64,000 nt of DNA from Klebsormidium nitens (lineage: Eukaryota > Plantae > Klebsormidiophyceae). The position numbers were made by a program, and so were the translations under genes. Location of the stretch: positions 21,352-85,351 of the forward strand of contig DF237352.1 in the NCBI GenBank assembly GCA_000708835.1, read 5' to 3'. Of this stretch, positions 22,673 through 35,215 are shown in pieces. A model generated the notes under the pieces. It was given only the letters and a program-made list of their open reading frames with translations, was not told the DNA's origin and did no database searches. Numbering within the stretch: the stretch's first letter is position 1; every line of letters starts with the position of its first letter.

Positions 22673-23982
22673 CTAACAAAAACCAAGCACAAAGACCGTG
22701 GAAGCTGCACTGCAACTTCCCAAGAAAACCGCGCCGCTTGAGCCCATCCTTGAAGCTAGACGAAAAGTGTCAGGCCAGGACTCGGGCGTTGTGCAGTACT
22801 CCGTTGAACCTTTTGGACCTTCGAGAAGGCGGCCTGCAATAGGCCAGGCCGCTCCTACGATCCCGCCCGCAAGCGCAGTTCCCAAGATTGGGGCTACAAG
22901 AACCTGCATGGCGGTGCCAAAAACAGCGGAATGAGAAACTTGGAGGAGGCACCTCAGAAATGAAGGACTTATCGGGCGAAAAAAGCACAGCTGAACCCGC
23001 CTACGGTGTAAGTACTATTATTAAGCTGGCAAGAGTTAGATGCTCTGTACCTCGAATAAACCGCTAGTCAAGACTTGGGGTCGATCGAACGCGATAACGT
23101 CAAGGTAGTCTAGCTGGGAGCGATGTGAAAGCAGCCAGACACAAGTTGTGTACTTCGCGTTGACTTGCAGGGGACTTACGGAATATCGTGCAAATTGGAT
23201 TTACAGATTAGTTGACATTCAAATTAATTAAAGTGGTAGAAGCAACGATTACCAACAGAGTTGAGCACAACTGCTGACCCAGCGAAAGGCAGGATCTTCC
23301 GTGCGGCCAATAATACTAGCCACTGGTTTCCGCTGCTGGCACACTGCGGAAACTTGGGACTTTAGCTCATGCCAAGGCTGTCACGAGCACCGGGCTGGAA
23401 ACGCCATTAACATTATGTAAGACTAGCTGATGCCCTCTACCAGTGATATCGTCGCCGCTGGAACATGCGGTAAGAGTACACGGCACTCTAGAACAGGTGC
23501 CTACTTTTCTGGGTAACGTGAGTTGAGCCCTTCACCGCTGCGTGGATCTTCGTGATTCAAGCCGCTACCTTCCTGAAACATATTGACCGCTTTCTTCACT
23601 AACATTCTTGTGTTTAAGTCGCTTGAACCGAGGCTTCTTGCTTGAACAGTCTACTTGACGTGCTTGAACAAACTTAACGATCCTGGTTTCAAGTGGATCA
23701 CATGCTGGAACTTCAATCAAATCACGAAGGCCTTGGTTTATAGGACCCATTCATGATGACTATGATGGGTCTTTCAGCAGCCTGCTGGAATGTTGTCGTT
23801 CATCTGTCGGACAAGCTGACTGTCATTCTTGTTCAACTGTGCTTAAGGCAGCTACAGGTTGATATTGGCCGCCGCTCCTAAGCCTGACGGAAACCTCCAG
23901 TGCAAGTGCTTACCTTGAATGCTAATCTGAGCACCGAGCCCGCAGTGGCGCTCCTGGCCACTGTGCTTACTTGATTGCTCAT
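22673..23982 (-). CDS. Small Gly/Ala-rich predicted 2-TM protein, paralog 4 (99 aa)
   Basis: Exon 1 23914-23982 (MSNQVSTVARSATAGSVLRLAFK; /gtaagc) and exon 2 22673-22903 (atgcag/; VLVAPILGTALAGGIVG...TPESWPDTFR), phase 0. Confidence 0.7.
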
Positions 23983-25419
23983 AGTTGATTTCGTGGGGGC
24001 CACTCCACCGCCTCTTCAAGTTCTTGATATCAAGCTCGCTGATTCTAAGAGTTTGCTGAGCTTGCGCCGGCTCAGACTGAGATAGCTCCTCGTCACACTT
24101 ACAAAGCCGGTTGACTTGTTCGTTCAACGTTCAGAGAAAGTCGCGGTCGCGTATCTCGTCGGCCGCGCCGCGGCGCCACGCTTCGGCGGGCAGGGTTTGG
24201 CGGAACGATTGGCAGAGGTTTGGTCGCGCGCCATCGGGGCAGGCCCGGCCCGGCTGCGTCGGGCTGCGCCGCACTCGGGTCGAAGGGGGTAATTGTCGGA
24301 ATTTGGAAACGGCAAGAACTTCAAGTTCAAGGCATGCAATCTTAACGTCGGAGTCGCAGACACTTTTGCGAATGATGAGTCTCTTTGGATCCGAAGGAAA
24401 GCTGCAAACGATATTCAAGATCTGGCATCCAATCAAGAATTAGTTAGCTAGACGACCGGAGGGGAGCTTCAATTACGACTAGGTGCGTACGTGCGAGCAG
24501 AATCGAGTTCAGATCGAAAGCTTTTTCAACAATGACGTCCGCTGGATCTGATGTCACCATGCAGGAAGACGACCTCAAAGCGTAATTAGTAAAAGAATCA
24601 AAGGGTAGCTCGCGATTGGAGAGCAACAAATCTCATGATGTACTGGACCTCGAAATTGACTCATGCAATTGCCTCATGGCAAACTGCAATGCGCGCTCCG
24701 CGCACAACCGGCGTTCGCCGTGGCAGCACTATATCGAGGAAGTACTAAGGCACATGCTGAGCCCGAATATGCTTTGAGTCGTTGCGCAAACGGCCCTAGC
24801 TGCTCACATGCAAAGCCTGCGCTAGCAGATAGCGATCCGACATGCGACCGTCGCTAACAGAAAACTACACCGGAGGATAAAGTCATGCAAGCTAGTGCCT
24901 GGGCGTGACGGTAAAGATACGTCGTCGAACGTGCTCACTTATACACAGATAACATACATGCAATCGACCTCACCAGGCAGGTTCTTACAGGCAGCGCGCA
25001 GCGGCCTTGACTCAAGCTTTCTGCACGCCTAGATTATATCCACTACATAACTATCGCCCGCCACATTTTTGCTGTGTCAGCCTCATGCAAGCACTAGTAA
25101 CTTGAACTGGTCCGGAAGTATGTCCAGCCCAACTGGAAGATAAGGGCACGGCCAACAAGTAATCGGGGTTCCTCCTTCTGGATAGTTGAGGCCGATGATC
25201 ACTCACAATAGGTCGCGATCGGTGAGGATCATCAAGAGAGCAAAAGATTCTTCGTGCAATTGTCGCGCATTGTGCGCAATCCTTCGATGCCCGATCTGGC
25301 TTTGGCCAATTTGGCCCATGGCATGGCCTGTGATACTCCTGTCCTAACAAGGCCTGGCTAATCAGAGTCAACACATTTAAGCACCGTAGCAACTCGAGAG
25401 GTCAGCAACTCGTCCCTTG

Positions 25420-28400
25420 TTACTTTCCGGCTCCCCCGAGCCTCAACGCCTGCAGGATTCGGCCACCCCCAGGTGACGGGTGAGGGCCCTTGTAGTTGCC
25501 CAGCTGCACGCGAGTAAACGAAGCATGACGTCATCCTCAAGCAGACTCCAGTTCACATTGTCACCTCAGTTGGCATCAAGGTCTGGAAAAATGCGTCTAA
25601 CTAGTGCGGGTCCAAGAACTCGATCCTTTGCGCTCAGAAGGCTGACCTGATCAAGCTACAGAATAACCGCCGGGTTTCGTGTTTCAAACTTTAGCCAAAC
25701 AAAAGAATTGCCGGACACGTCCTCGACTGAGTCTGCTACACGATGTCAGTCTCTGCCAAACGTACGCTTTGCTGTCGCGAATAAATAGTCTCAGGTCGGG
25801 AACAAGAAGTAAAAGCACACAGCAAGAGCGCTCACCTGCGCTTCGGAGTTTGCCTTTGCTAAAGCCACCAGTCTTTCTTGAGCGGCTTGAATGTTCTCGG
25901 GCTGCAAAAGAAGGAGAGAGACTCAGAACGACACAGAAGGATGCTGGGAAAGGAGTAGACGGCGGGTGTGAAGAAGCTGCAGCCGGTGGTCTTGTATTGA
26001 TTCAACCAGATTACAGGGCTTCAGAATCTTGATGATTCAACGTTTTGAGAAGTCGGGGGCGTTTCTGGAACACAGTATGCTTGAGAGGGCATAAACGGAC
26101 GGCATTCACAGGAAGGCAACTACTGCCGACGCTCGTCGTCTCGGTGAGCACGTGGCAGTTGCTGACATCAGCACTCAGCGGTGGGCCGCGGCAAATTGTA
26201 TTCAAAAGTCGCTCTGTGGAGTTGCTGCAGATGCATCAGCGTGCGCGCAATACACGCAAAGGACGGCACAAATCTTATAAACGACGGTGTTTACACGATC
26301 TGGTATAGTATAGTATGCAGTTGACCGAAATGCGGAACAAGGACGTGAAGATACGCGGTCTGCATGCTTAAGGGACCGGATTGCCAGGCCAGAAAGAAGA
26401 GCGCCGCCAGAGTGAAACTGCATCTCGCAGACATCCACAAATCTCTTTCTTTTTGAGCTTTATATTGTGTATACTTCTCTTCCTTCCTCCTGACGTGATC
26501 GAAGAGAGCAACCCGCCTTGCCCGACCACGTATTGAGCGCCCTTCAGTCGGTCGGGAGGCGTCGTTCATGCTTTTGAAAGACTGGCTCGTCAGCTTCCGG
26601 GTTTCGAAGTTCTCGAATGTCGGAAGAAACCCTAAGATTGAATGAGAGAAACGCTGAATGAGAAGACAAAATCAGCTCACCTTGCGGACCACGTCTTGAG
26701 CGTGCTCGACTGGAGCGCCCTGTCGCACCAGACCAGCTTTTCTCTCATTTTCCCAGCTTTCGAGACAACGAATTTCAAAGAGAGACGAAACCACTCTTTC
26801 TATCGAGAAACAAACCGAGTTCGCAGAGAGACTAGCTCACCTTGCCCGACCACGTCTTGAGCGTGCTCGACTGAAGAGCCCGTCCGTAGGAGAAGGTGAG
26901 CGACCAGGGGTAAGGGCCGTACGCTTGGAGGGCGTTCAGGTTCAGTGTTGCCTCCTCTTCGCTCATGCCCCCGGACAAGAAATGGATGCCTGCGGGTGGA
27001 AATTCGAAGTTTGAGCAACTGCGTACGAGAAGTTGCACCAGGTATCTGAGGATGTTAACAGGTGAGTTGGAGCTATCGGACGGCTCACAGAATTGCCCCT
27101 TACAACCCGCCCTCAGGACTCAAGCTCGTTAGTGTGCTCACGACATGCAGCAAGACGCCCGATTTACGAGGCTGCACGGGGCGATATGCGTTCTATTTAC
27201 CTACTCGCTGCTCTGCCTGCCTGGACGAGGCACCGCAAGGCTGAAGGTGAAGCGCGAGCGTGATACTTTCGTTACTCAGGAGGCTTCACAACTCTATCCG
27301 CTGACTGCAGCGCTTATATAGTCGCTGATGTCACTGATACTCCTGTCACGGTGACACTCAAGTCATCCAAGATCAAATCACAAAGTCTGGTATCTTCTGA
27401 AGCAACCTTGCCTATCTTCTGTCGATATTATTTTGTGCATTGCCCCCGGCGCATCAAGACACCGAACGAAAGGGTTCGAGAATCTCATAGGACTGTCCAC
27501 ACCGTGCAGCAACGCAAAGGCCGCAAGAGGAGGAAAAGGGAGCACACGCCACCTACTTTTGAATAGATCTATGAAGTCAAGTAAACAGCTTTTAAGGTCT
27601 TAACAAATTGAAAAGCACAGAAAGCACCCGGCGGCACTCACTGGGGACTGCGGCAGGGACGCTCCGGAGCATGGTCCGGACGGTGTACTTTGCGACCTCC
27701 TCGGGGGAGGGGGTCGAGACGTCGAGGCCGGGCAGGATCATGTTGGGCTTCAGAAGGATGCCCTCCAACATGACGTCATACTCGTTGAGCAGCCGGAAGG
27801 TGTGGCTGTTCACCTTCTCGCTGATGTAAGCGGTGCGCTCGATGCTGCGGGGAAAGAGTTTACCGGGCAATGGTCAGGGCACGCTCTATAAGACCCATTA
27901 AGAGGGTCGGACACTGTCCCAATGCAGAGGAAGAGAACCGCGTGATGAGAGGTTGATGGAGGATCACCAAAATCACGATCCGTGTCGAAGTGTTTCTGAC
28001 CTAATCTTGAGGTGCATGACCCGCAAGTTGGCCGCACATTTTCGGAGTCCACCTATTCTTCCTCACTATGTCTTCGCTCCATCCAGAGCGCTCGTAAAGC
28101 TCTGCGCACTACAACCATCAGCAGAGAGGGGAAAGGCTGGCAACATCCTAAGAAAAAGGTCTTCGTCCCTGATCAAGTTCCACACAGAATGGAAACAGCA
28201 TCGTAACCCATTTCCATACCTGTAGTCCCCCTCGCCCAGCGTCACTTCCGGTTCCACGATCGGCACCAGCCCGTTGGCCTGGCAGATCTGCGCATAGCGC
28301 GCGAGCGCGTGGCAGTTTTCTAGAATGGCCGTCGAGGACGGGTGCACCGAGCTGTCAACTTTCAGGACTGCGCGCCATTTTGCAAAGCGGGCACCTTGAG

Positions 28401-30768
28401 CATAGTACCTGGAAATCAGGGGTTTTCGGAGTTCTAGCATTTGGCGAAGCACGGCTTTGAGTGTAGTACCTATGGGGGGTTTTGGAATCTTGGTGTACAA
28501 AGGGTCGAACTAGTTGTGATGGTCGATTGACTTTATACTAAACGACCTTCTTCCCAGATTTGTGCACGCAAGCAATTGTGAAGTCTTGAAATGCTTGGCT
28601 TGAATTCGGAGGTGGTCCGGAGGCAGTGCTTCCGGCATTTCATTATTTGGTGATTGTCAGCTCGCAGTTTGTGCAAAGAGTCTGTCCTGAATCTGGCGCT
28701 GGATCCCTGCCTGGCCCAATCAAGTGGAAACCATGAACATCTCATGTCTATGCAAAGTACAAAGAGTCCAAGCGTTTCAGCACAACGGCTTCACGAACTG
28801 TGATTCCAAGCTCGTCCGTTGCACAGAAACCTTCACGAGACTCTTGGAACTGACAGACTGCGACTATTTTTCATGCAAGAAACCTGACTTCTTTTGCCCT
28901 TACTTTTTGCAACGGTCAGCCAGCCCGTCCAGCCCCTGCGTCGACGTCTCCCCGTCGGTCCCGTAGATTGGCTGCAGCCCCGTATCGACCTTGATCCCTG
29001 GCACAATCCCCTGCTTCTGGAGGATCTCAACGAACGGAACGCCGTCCGCGGACGACTGGAACAGCGTCTCGTCGAAGAGAATTGCACCGCTAATGTACTG
29101 CCCGAGCCCAGGGGCGGTGTAGAGGAGCTGGCGCCAGTCACGGCGGTTGTCCTCGGTATTCTCGATGCCCACGCTTCCAAGCCTGCACACATGAGGTGTG
29201 GTAATTTCAGGAGGTCAGTAAGATGTGGGTCCATCATAATGTTTGGCTGCTGTATCTGACTTAGCCGGCTCTAGGGCTGGCTTTGTGCTCACATCCGGTG
29301 CTGACAGCCAAGAGGGGGCTTGAGCTTCACAGTTATTTCAGTTGCAAGAGGGTCGCTAGGCATATCTTGGATTGAATTGACATGCAAAATTGACCGGCTA
29401 TGAGGGTAAGCAAAAGCGACCTTTGTGCAAACTTGCACCCAATGCCCAAAGTGAATTGAGTCTGCGTTGATGGGGAAGCGATTCAAGGAATGGACGAACA
29501 GCAAGCGCATTGGCAGGTGCTTATAATGTCAGTGTTTGGCCCAGGAGTTCAAAGAGGCCTTTCAGCTGAAAGTAGACCCCTCTCAGATGCTCTTACTTCT
29601 AAGCACGTTGTCGCTGAGCAGCAGTCTCAAACATGTGCCGCTTTACTCGTGACACCTATTTGTCCCACTCGTAGGGCAGTAGATCCCTGCGCAGTATCAT
29701 TGATCTCCAAAGAAGAGGCTTATGGAGAATGTCTGTCGCTTTGTTTGACACCCTTGACTTTGCCGAGCTGACTGTCGGAAAACGCACAACTTCCAGGGAT
29801 ATTGAGTCTAGTCAACTGCCTGTCTAAGACCAGAACCCTAATCTGAGAACCCTAGAGTTTTGGCTCACCGCTTCCCCGTCGTCACGTTGCTCTCGTCCGA
29901 CGCCAAAATGCCCTTCCCGGGCGCGCCAATGTAAGCGGCCGTCTTGCGCAACTCCTCCGCATACTGGTTCTCTTTCTCGAAAGCGGTTGTCATCATAATG
30001 CCTGGCCGGCCAGCAGAGGCCTTCCTGGCGGGCAGGATAGCCCTGCCGGCCAATGAGAGGCTGCCAGCTGGCGCCGCACCCACGAAGGTGGAGGCTGCAG
30101 AAGAGGGGTAATATGAAGGTGAGTGGCTTGGGAAATGTTGTAACGTCATGTTGATGGGCGAGTAGAATACGAAGGGGTTCGTCACGTATTCGAATGGGGT
30201 GGATACGTGTATTGGTCAAGGTGGGTGCGGGTGCCAAGGGGCAAATCACAAGACTGGGAATTTAAGGGTTGCTCATTTTCTAATCTCAAAGTAAATTCAC
30301 TACCCCAAAACTGGTTCCACAGATAGGGTTTCATAGTCGAGATTTGCAGGGCACAAGCAATCCTGACGTGGCCTGTGAACTACTTCAGGCCTGAATGTAA
30401 AACTCTGGTCAACAGGAGGTTGCGACTACGCAAATAGCAATGAAAGCACCGGGCGTATGGACACAAAAGCATAATGTCAGCGTTCAGAAAGGCACAGTTG
30501 ACATGGAGCGGTGGCTGATCATAATGCCGCCTGCTGAGCAGATCTTGCCAATCTCTGTAATGTACCAATGTTTTGGTGAATGCCTACAATGCTGACATCC
30601 CTCACATTGCTCCTGACACGAGCAATGTGAAACCTAAGCAGTTTGAGAAAGGTGGCAGCTAACAGGTATTTCCATGAGCAGCAATGCGGGATTTTCAAGC
30701 AGAACAATACCTTGAAGACTGCTCTGCTTAAGCGCAGACCCCTGCGCCATCTGTGCCGCCGACGCCAT
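25420..30768 (-). CDS. FBA: Fructose-bisphosphate aldolase class I, plastid-targeted (417 aa, 8 exons)
   Basis: Exons 30711-30768, 29869-30094, 28904-29182, 28220-28408, 27642-27844, 26841-26989, 25836-25901, 25420-25503 total 1254 nt in frame. Motifs [37 protein letters not shown] (Schiff-base Lys), [14 protein letters not shown]. Ala/Ser-rich N-terminal transit-peptide-like segment. Confidence 0.95.
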
Positions 30769-31453
30769 TGTTGTGGAACCGCTAGCCCTCTGTTTTCTAG
30801 TGCGGCGTCGCGCCTCAGAGCTAGGGCAACAACACACGTAAGCACTGTTCCCTCTTGGGCTCCAAAACGCTGTTGGTCCCGCGATCAATGCAAAGAGATT
30901 TGAGAAGACTTTGCTCGTGGAAAGAGTTTGGTGCATTGCAATTTGCAGCATGGGAAACAGTGTTGTTGTTGTCAAACGTGAGGTCACAATCTCGCTCAAG
31001 TTGTCCTCAAGAGCCGCTCCTAAACAAAACGTCTGGCTCACGTTGCTCGAGCGCAGTGACGTCATGTCAATCGGGCGCCGTCCAAAAGCTGCCCCATCCG
31101 AATCTGACGGTCCTAGGCTTACGAAGCAGAGCCACATGTCATGCTACAATTGGTTAAGCTGGTGATGATCGTTGCTTACGCACTCCCCCTCAAAACGGGA
31201 GAAATCAGAAATCAAGCCTGCTGCTCCCGTCTCACCAGCCATTTCAATTTTCATCAGCACCAGGCCTTCAACTTCAAGTTGTCTCACTTGAGCAAGGCGC
31301 GAAACATTGCTAGGAATCTCTGCTAGGAATCTCAATCACAGCTAGAGGGAGGGAACTTTACTGTTTGCCTACCTAGCTTCAAGTTGTCGTCTGAGTCTTC
31401 CAGTTCTCAATGTCGGCAGGCCGCCTGTAGGGTGCAAGAAGCGGTACATTGTG

Positions 31454-33902
31454 ATGGCCCGCACCAAAGCGACCGCGCGGCGGGAGTTCTCCAAGCGAAA
31501 CCCTGCGTCCTCTTACGGCATCCAGAGGGATCAAACCACTCTGCAGAAAGCGCAACCGACCAAGACAAGCAATGCCAAAAAGAAAGCTGCAACCAAACCA
31601 GCTGCCAAGCCGGCAAAAGGGGTGAGCAGCGTTGTGCTTTGTGGGTCAGTCCAAGAAGAGTGAGCTTCTCCTTTGATGAGAGTTTTCAGTGGCTGAAAGT
31701 GGTTGATTGCATCGAGGGTGCATCGAGTGCAAGGTGCACTTAATGAGCTGGTGACTCCACCCAAATCGAGTCTGATCATCACGTTGCACGGCAAGCCTTG
31801 GAGCACACTATGAGAGTTCCGGCAGCTTGGAAAGCTTACGATGCCCAATCAGGTCCTGACCGACCAAAGTCTTTCATTAGCGCGTACCTTGGGACTATGT
31901 TCCACCTCTGGCTGGCTGTAGAGCAACTGCCAGGAACCAATGGAGCAATGGAACGATGGAGGTATTGAAGCAACAGAATCACCAAACGCTGGTGATCTGC
32001 AATCAGCTTGCAGTCCAATTAGGCAGTTGGACTGCTCCAAGAACTCAAGATGTGCAAACGCGCTCTTCTTGTAGCAAGCTGCCATGTCTTCAAGCTGATG
32101 AAAAGCATACTTTGCATATACTACTATACCAGTTTCTTCACCAGACCTTCCAGATTCTGACGTGGGCTGCATCGGTGACTATGCAACTGCGGTGCCACAT
32201 CCTACAGAAACCAGCAGCGAAAACCAACAACTCCTGCAGAGTCTGATCAAAACTGGTCCATTTGAAGATGCTGGTTATTGTAGCTGCTGATGGAGCTTGC
32301 AGGGCCTTGTTGAACCACTGTTGGAGAGATGATAACCGACCTTCTGTTTCATGTTCTTCTCTCTGCAGGGAAGGAAAGCTTCTACAAGTGTTGTTGGAGA
32401 GTACTCTCTGAAGGTGACCGAGGAGCGCAGCAGCGGGGTACGTGTTCTTTTGTCTTCCCTCCCGATTCCACTTTGTTAGATTCCCCATGCATACTGGTAC
32501 TTTTCTGGTTCCTCCTTTTCTTTTTCCTGAGTAGCTGCCTCAAAAGACTTTTTGAACCGGACAGGTGTGAACCACAGCCGTCGATAAGCAGCATCCAAAA
32601 AGCAAGTCATAAGGCCAGTCTTGATTCACCACTTGCTGGGCTTCCTCTGTTAGAGAGGCTGAATCTGCATTGGCAGCCGCTGCTTGTCGTAGTGGACCAG
32701 GCGACCCAGATATAAAGTGCGCTTGGACTCGAATTTGTGGATTGAGCTGTTGCACGCTGACTTGAGAAAGACCTGTCTTGGAGCTCGTACAATCAGCACA
32801 ATTTTGTTCCTGATAAATCAGAGGGTGTCTGTAGCCTTCATTACCACATCTATTAAATGATTTAGTGATTGGGTGTAAGCCCAGTCTTGAAATATTCTCT
32901 CCGACTATTTCTCTCTCCTGCTCCGGTCAGATATCTTCAATATAGTTGCAAGGGTGGAGTCCCGTTTCAGGGTTTGGGGAGTTTATTGTGCCACTGGCGC
33001 TTTTTGATGCTGCCCAAATGCAGCACGATCCTAGTTGTGATAAAACATGAAAGAGACATGAAGTGTTCGAAAAAGGATTCTTGAGAGCAGCTGAGAGGAA
33101 CTGAGACTTTGCAGTGTTTTGCAGGGCATGTTTGGGAGCTACGAGGCGGATGATGAAGATTCGGAGGAGTATTCCATGTCCGTATTTGAAAGCGGGGGGC
33201 ACACCTGGGCGCGGTTTGAGCTGGAGACTGTGGAGGGTTGTGCCAAGTTCGGAAAGCGCACCGTCAGCAAGGGGCAGGTAAGGAATGCATATGAGTTCGC
33301 GGCCATTAGGGTCGGCCACTCTGCCTGGTTCTTCTGGAGTGCTGAGAACAAGTACGGAAGACGTTCCGCAGACAAGAAAAACTTTCTTCCTTTTCCATGC
33401 ACCCATGACTTTCTCTGCAGGAGAGTTGGTGAAAGGAGCCACTGTGATTTATTAAGGAGACACAGTGCGAGGGATCTTCTGATAATCGGTAGACTTTTGT
33501 CAGAGCTCCGTTTTTGGCTCCCGATCCAACATCAGAAGTTGAAACGCAGGACACCTCGGTTTCTGCCGGCTCTGGTTTCTTTAACCTAATACTACAGTAG
33601 CAAGACCAACTTTTCACCACTCGTTTTCAGGACTTATGACGTGCTCTTCTTTGCAGACAACGTATGCTTACCAATGGCGCGGGCGGGAGACTGGCGAAGG
33701 CGAGATTCAGTGCGCCAGCGATCAAAAGGGCACGTTCAAGTTCCACGGCGATAAAATCGAGGGAACGATGAAGACTCCTTTTGGTGATCTCATTCTGACG
33801 GGGGAGAAGGTCTCAGACGAGCCCGATGAGAAGAGTGCGTCCATGTGGGACTACTGCACCGAGGAGCAGCATGAAGTGGAGCGCGTGAATAGGTGGAAGT
33901 GA
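31454..33902 (+). CDS. Uncharacterised protein with histone H3-like N-terminal tail and WRGRETGEGEI domain (about 203 aa, 4 exons)
   Basis: Exons 31454-31621 (MARTKATARR...AKG; /gtgagc), 32369-32413 (least certain), 33125-33277 (/gtaagg) and 33657-33902 (TGA), all phase 0. Confidence 0.7.
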
Positions 33903-35215
33903 TGAGGAATCTGTGCAATTGTCAGCTAGTATTCTTATAGAGGAAAAGCGAGCCTGGATAAATTTTTTCCACGTTCTTGAATCTTACTTAATGCGGCAAG
34001 TCTTGACAGTACCATCTTGAGATCGATTTCAAAGGTTAGCAGGTTCCAGTACATGGTAGGATTGATTGCTTGAAACTGTACATGGTAGGAAAGTTCGCTC
34101 AGTGCGGAACCGGCCGCGAGTTTTGTAGCTCACGACCAGATTCTTCCAAGAACGTGGAACATACATGGTCGATCAGAACTGTTCTAATGCGCGAGGCATT
34201 TCAGCTGGGCAGACGCTAAGCTTCTGCCTTTTTCGAAAGGACGTCATTTGCATAACCCTTTCGAAGGCACGTAAATGCATAACCCTTTACCAATCATTCA
34301 CCGGCCGTATGGCCGCCCCGGCCGTGACCGAGCGCAACTAGCTGAGCCTATCTTCCGACGTACGTGTCGTAATGACGGTGAATGTCAACCGCCGCCTCCG
34401 ACCAGTACTTTACTAATAGAATCTCTTTTCCGATTTGTGCCCATGTGTGTAGGGCTAAGTTCGACAGACGATATGCAGAATTGCATCGTACGAGCCATCA
34501 CCCTTGTGGATTGTTTGCGGACCGTCAACCCTCCACAAGGCTTGAGCTACAGCCTGTGAGTCATAGGCCATATGTACATGGGCATTGCTAACGATTATTT
34601 TGGGCACGGATCAGATCGTGAAAAGCTAGAATAGCTGGCTTGATCGAAGGCATCGATCAATCTGCATAAACCAAAAGGATCGATCGTTGGAATGTTAGAA
34701 GAGCACGTAGATTGATATAATCGTACAGCTAGCGCAATCGATGGAATGCAAAAGAGACGGTCTGTATACCCAAGTCGTCCCAATCGGATCCCGTACAGTC
34801 GCTATACACGGGCCAGTTTTCATTTGGTCCACATGAACACGGATCGGTATCATGGAATGTCTCGTGCGTCCGCGTTCCGCTACGTCTGCGCAGTCATAGT
34901 CGAGCGTTCTTGCCGGGTGGTACATATTTGATTGAACTTACTTGATCACTTTCCTCCACTATCTTTCTACTGATGCAATAAGTAAACTGGCCCGTTGCAG
35001 CCGCGCTTAAGTTACAGTTTGAACGGTCGATCATCCACCTAACTTCTCAATGGCCGGAGCCTGCACTCCTTATACTTGTTTTCTCTTGCGAGACCCACCA
35101 CCGATAACTTTCTAAACAAAAAAGGGCAGCCTTTCCAGCTGATCGTGCGCCTTCCAAACGCTGTGGTTGATCTCAAGCGCATATATATCCGAAACCCAAC
35201 CTCGTGTTACCGCGC

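Larger units (their letters stand above)
11300..24450 (-). repeat. Four-unit diverged segmental tandem duplication (units about 2.4-5 kb)
   Basis: Shared blocks in the same order, e.g. CGAGCTAGCGTC about 11752/17325/22637, GGTGCACCG-like about 11471/17052/22358, CAAGTGCTYACC about 12992/18429/23903, and GC islands about 13300/15660/18720/24150. Confidence 0.85.

Noticed and set aside
26628-29855. Telo-box-like AAACCCTAA / AACCCTA motifs in aldolase introns
   Set aside because: Short, intronic and scattered, so not distinguishable from chance.
31454-33902. Histone H3 or CENH3 gene
   Set aside because: No histone-fold sequence (e.g. PGTVALREI or LPFQRLVREI) in any downstream exon or frame examined.
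34240-34935. Possible mobile element or gene in the GATC-rich intergenic stretch
   Set aside because: Only a short TGCATAACCCT direct repeat; no TIRs, consistent splice structure or protein motifs found.
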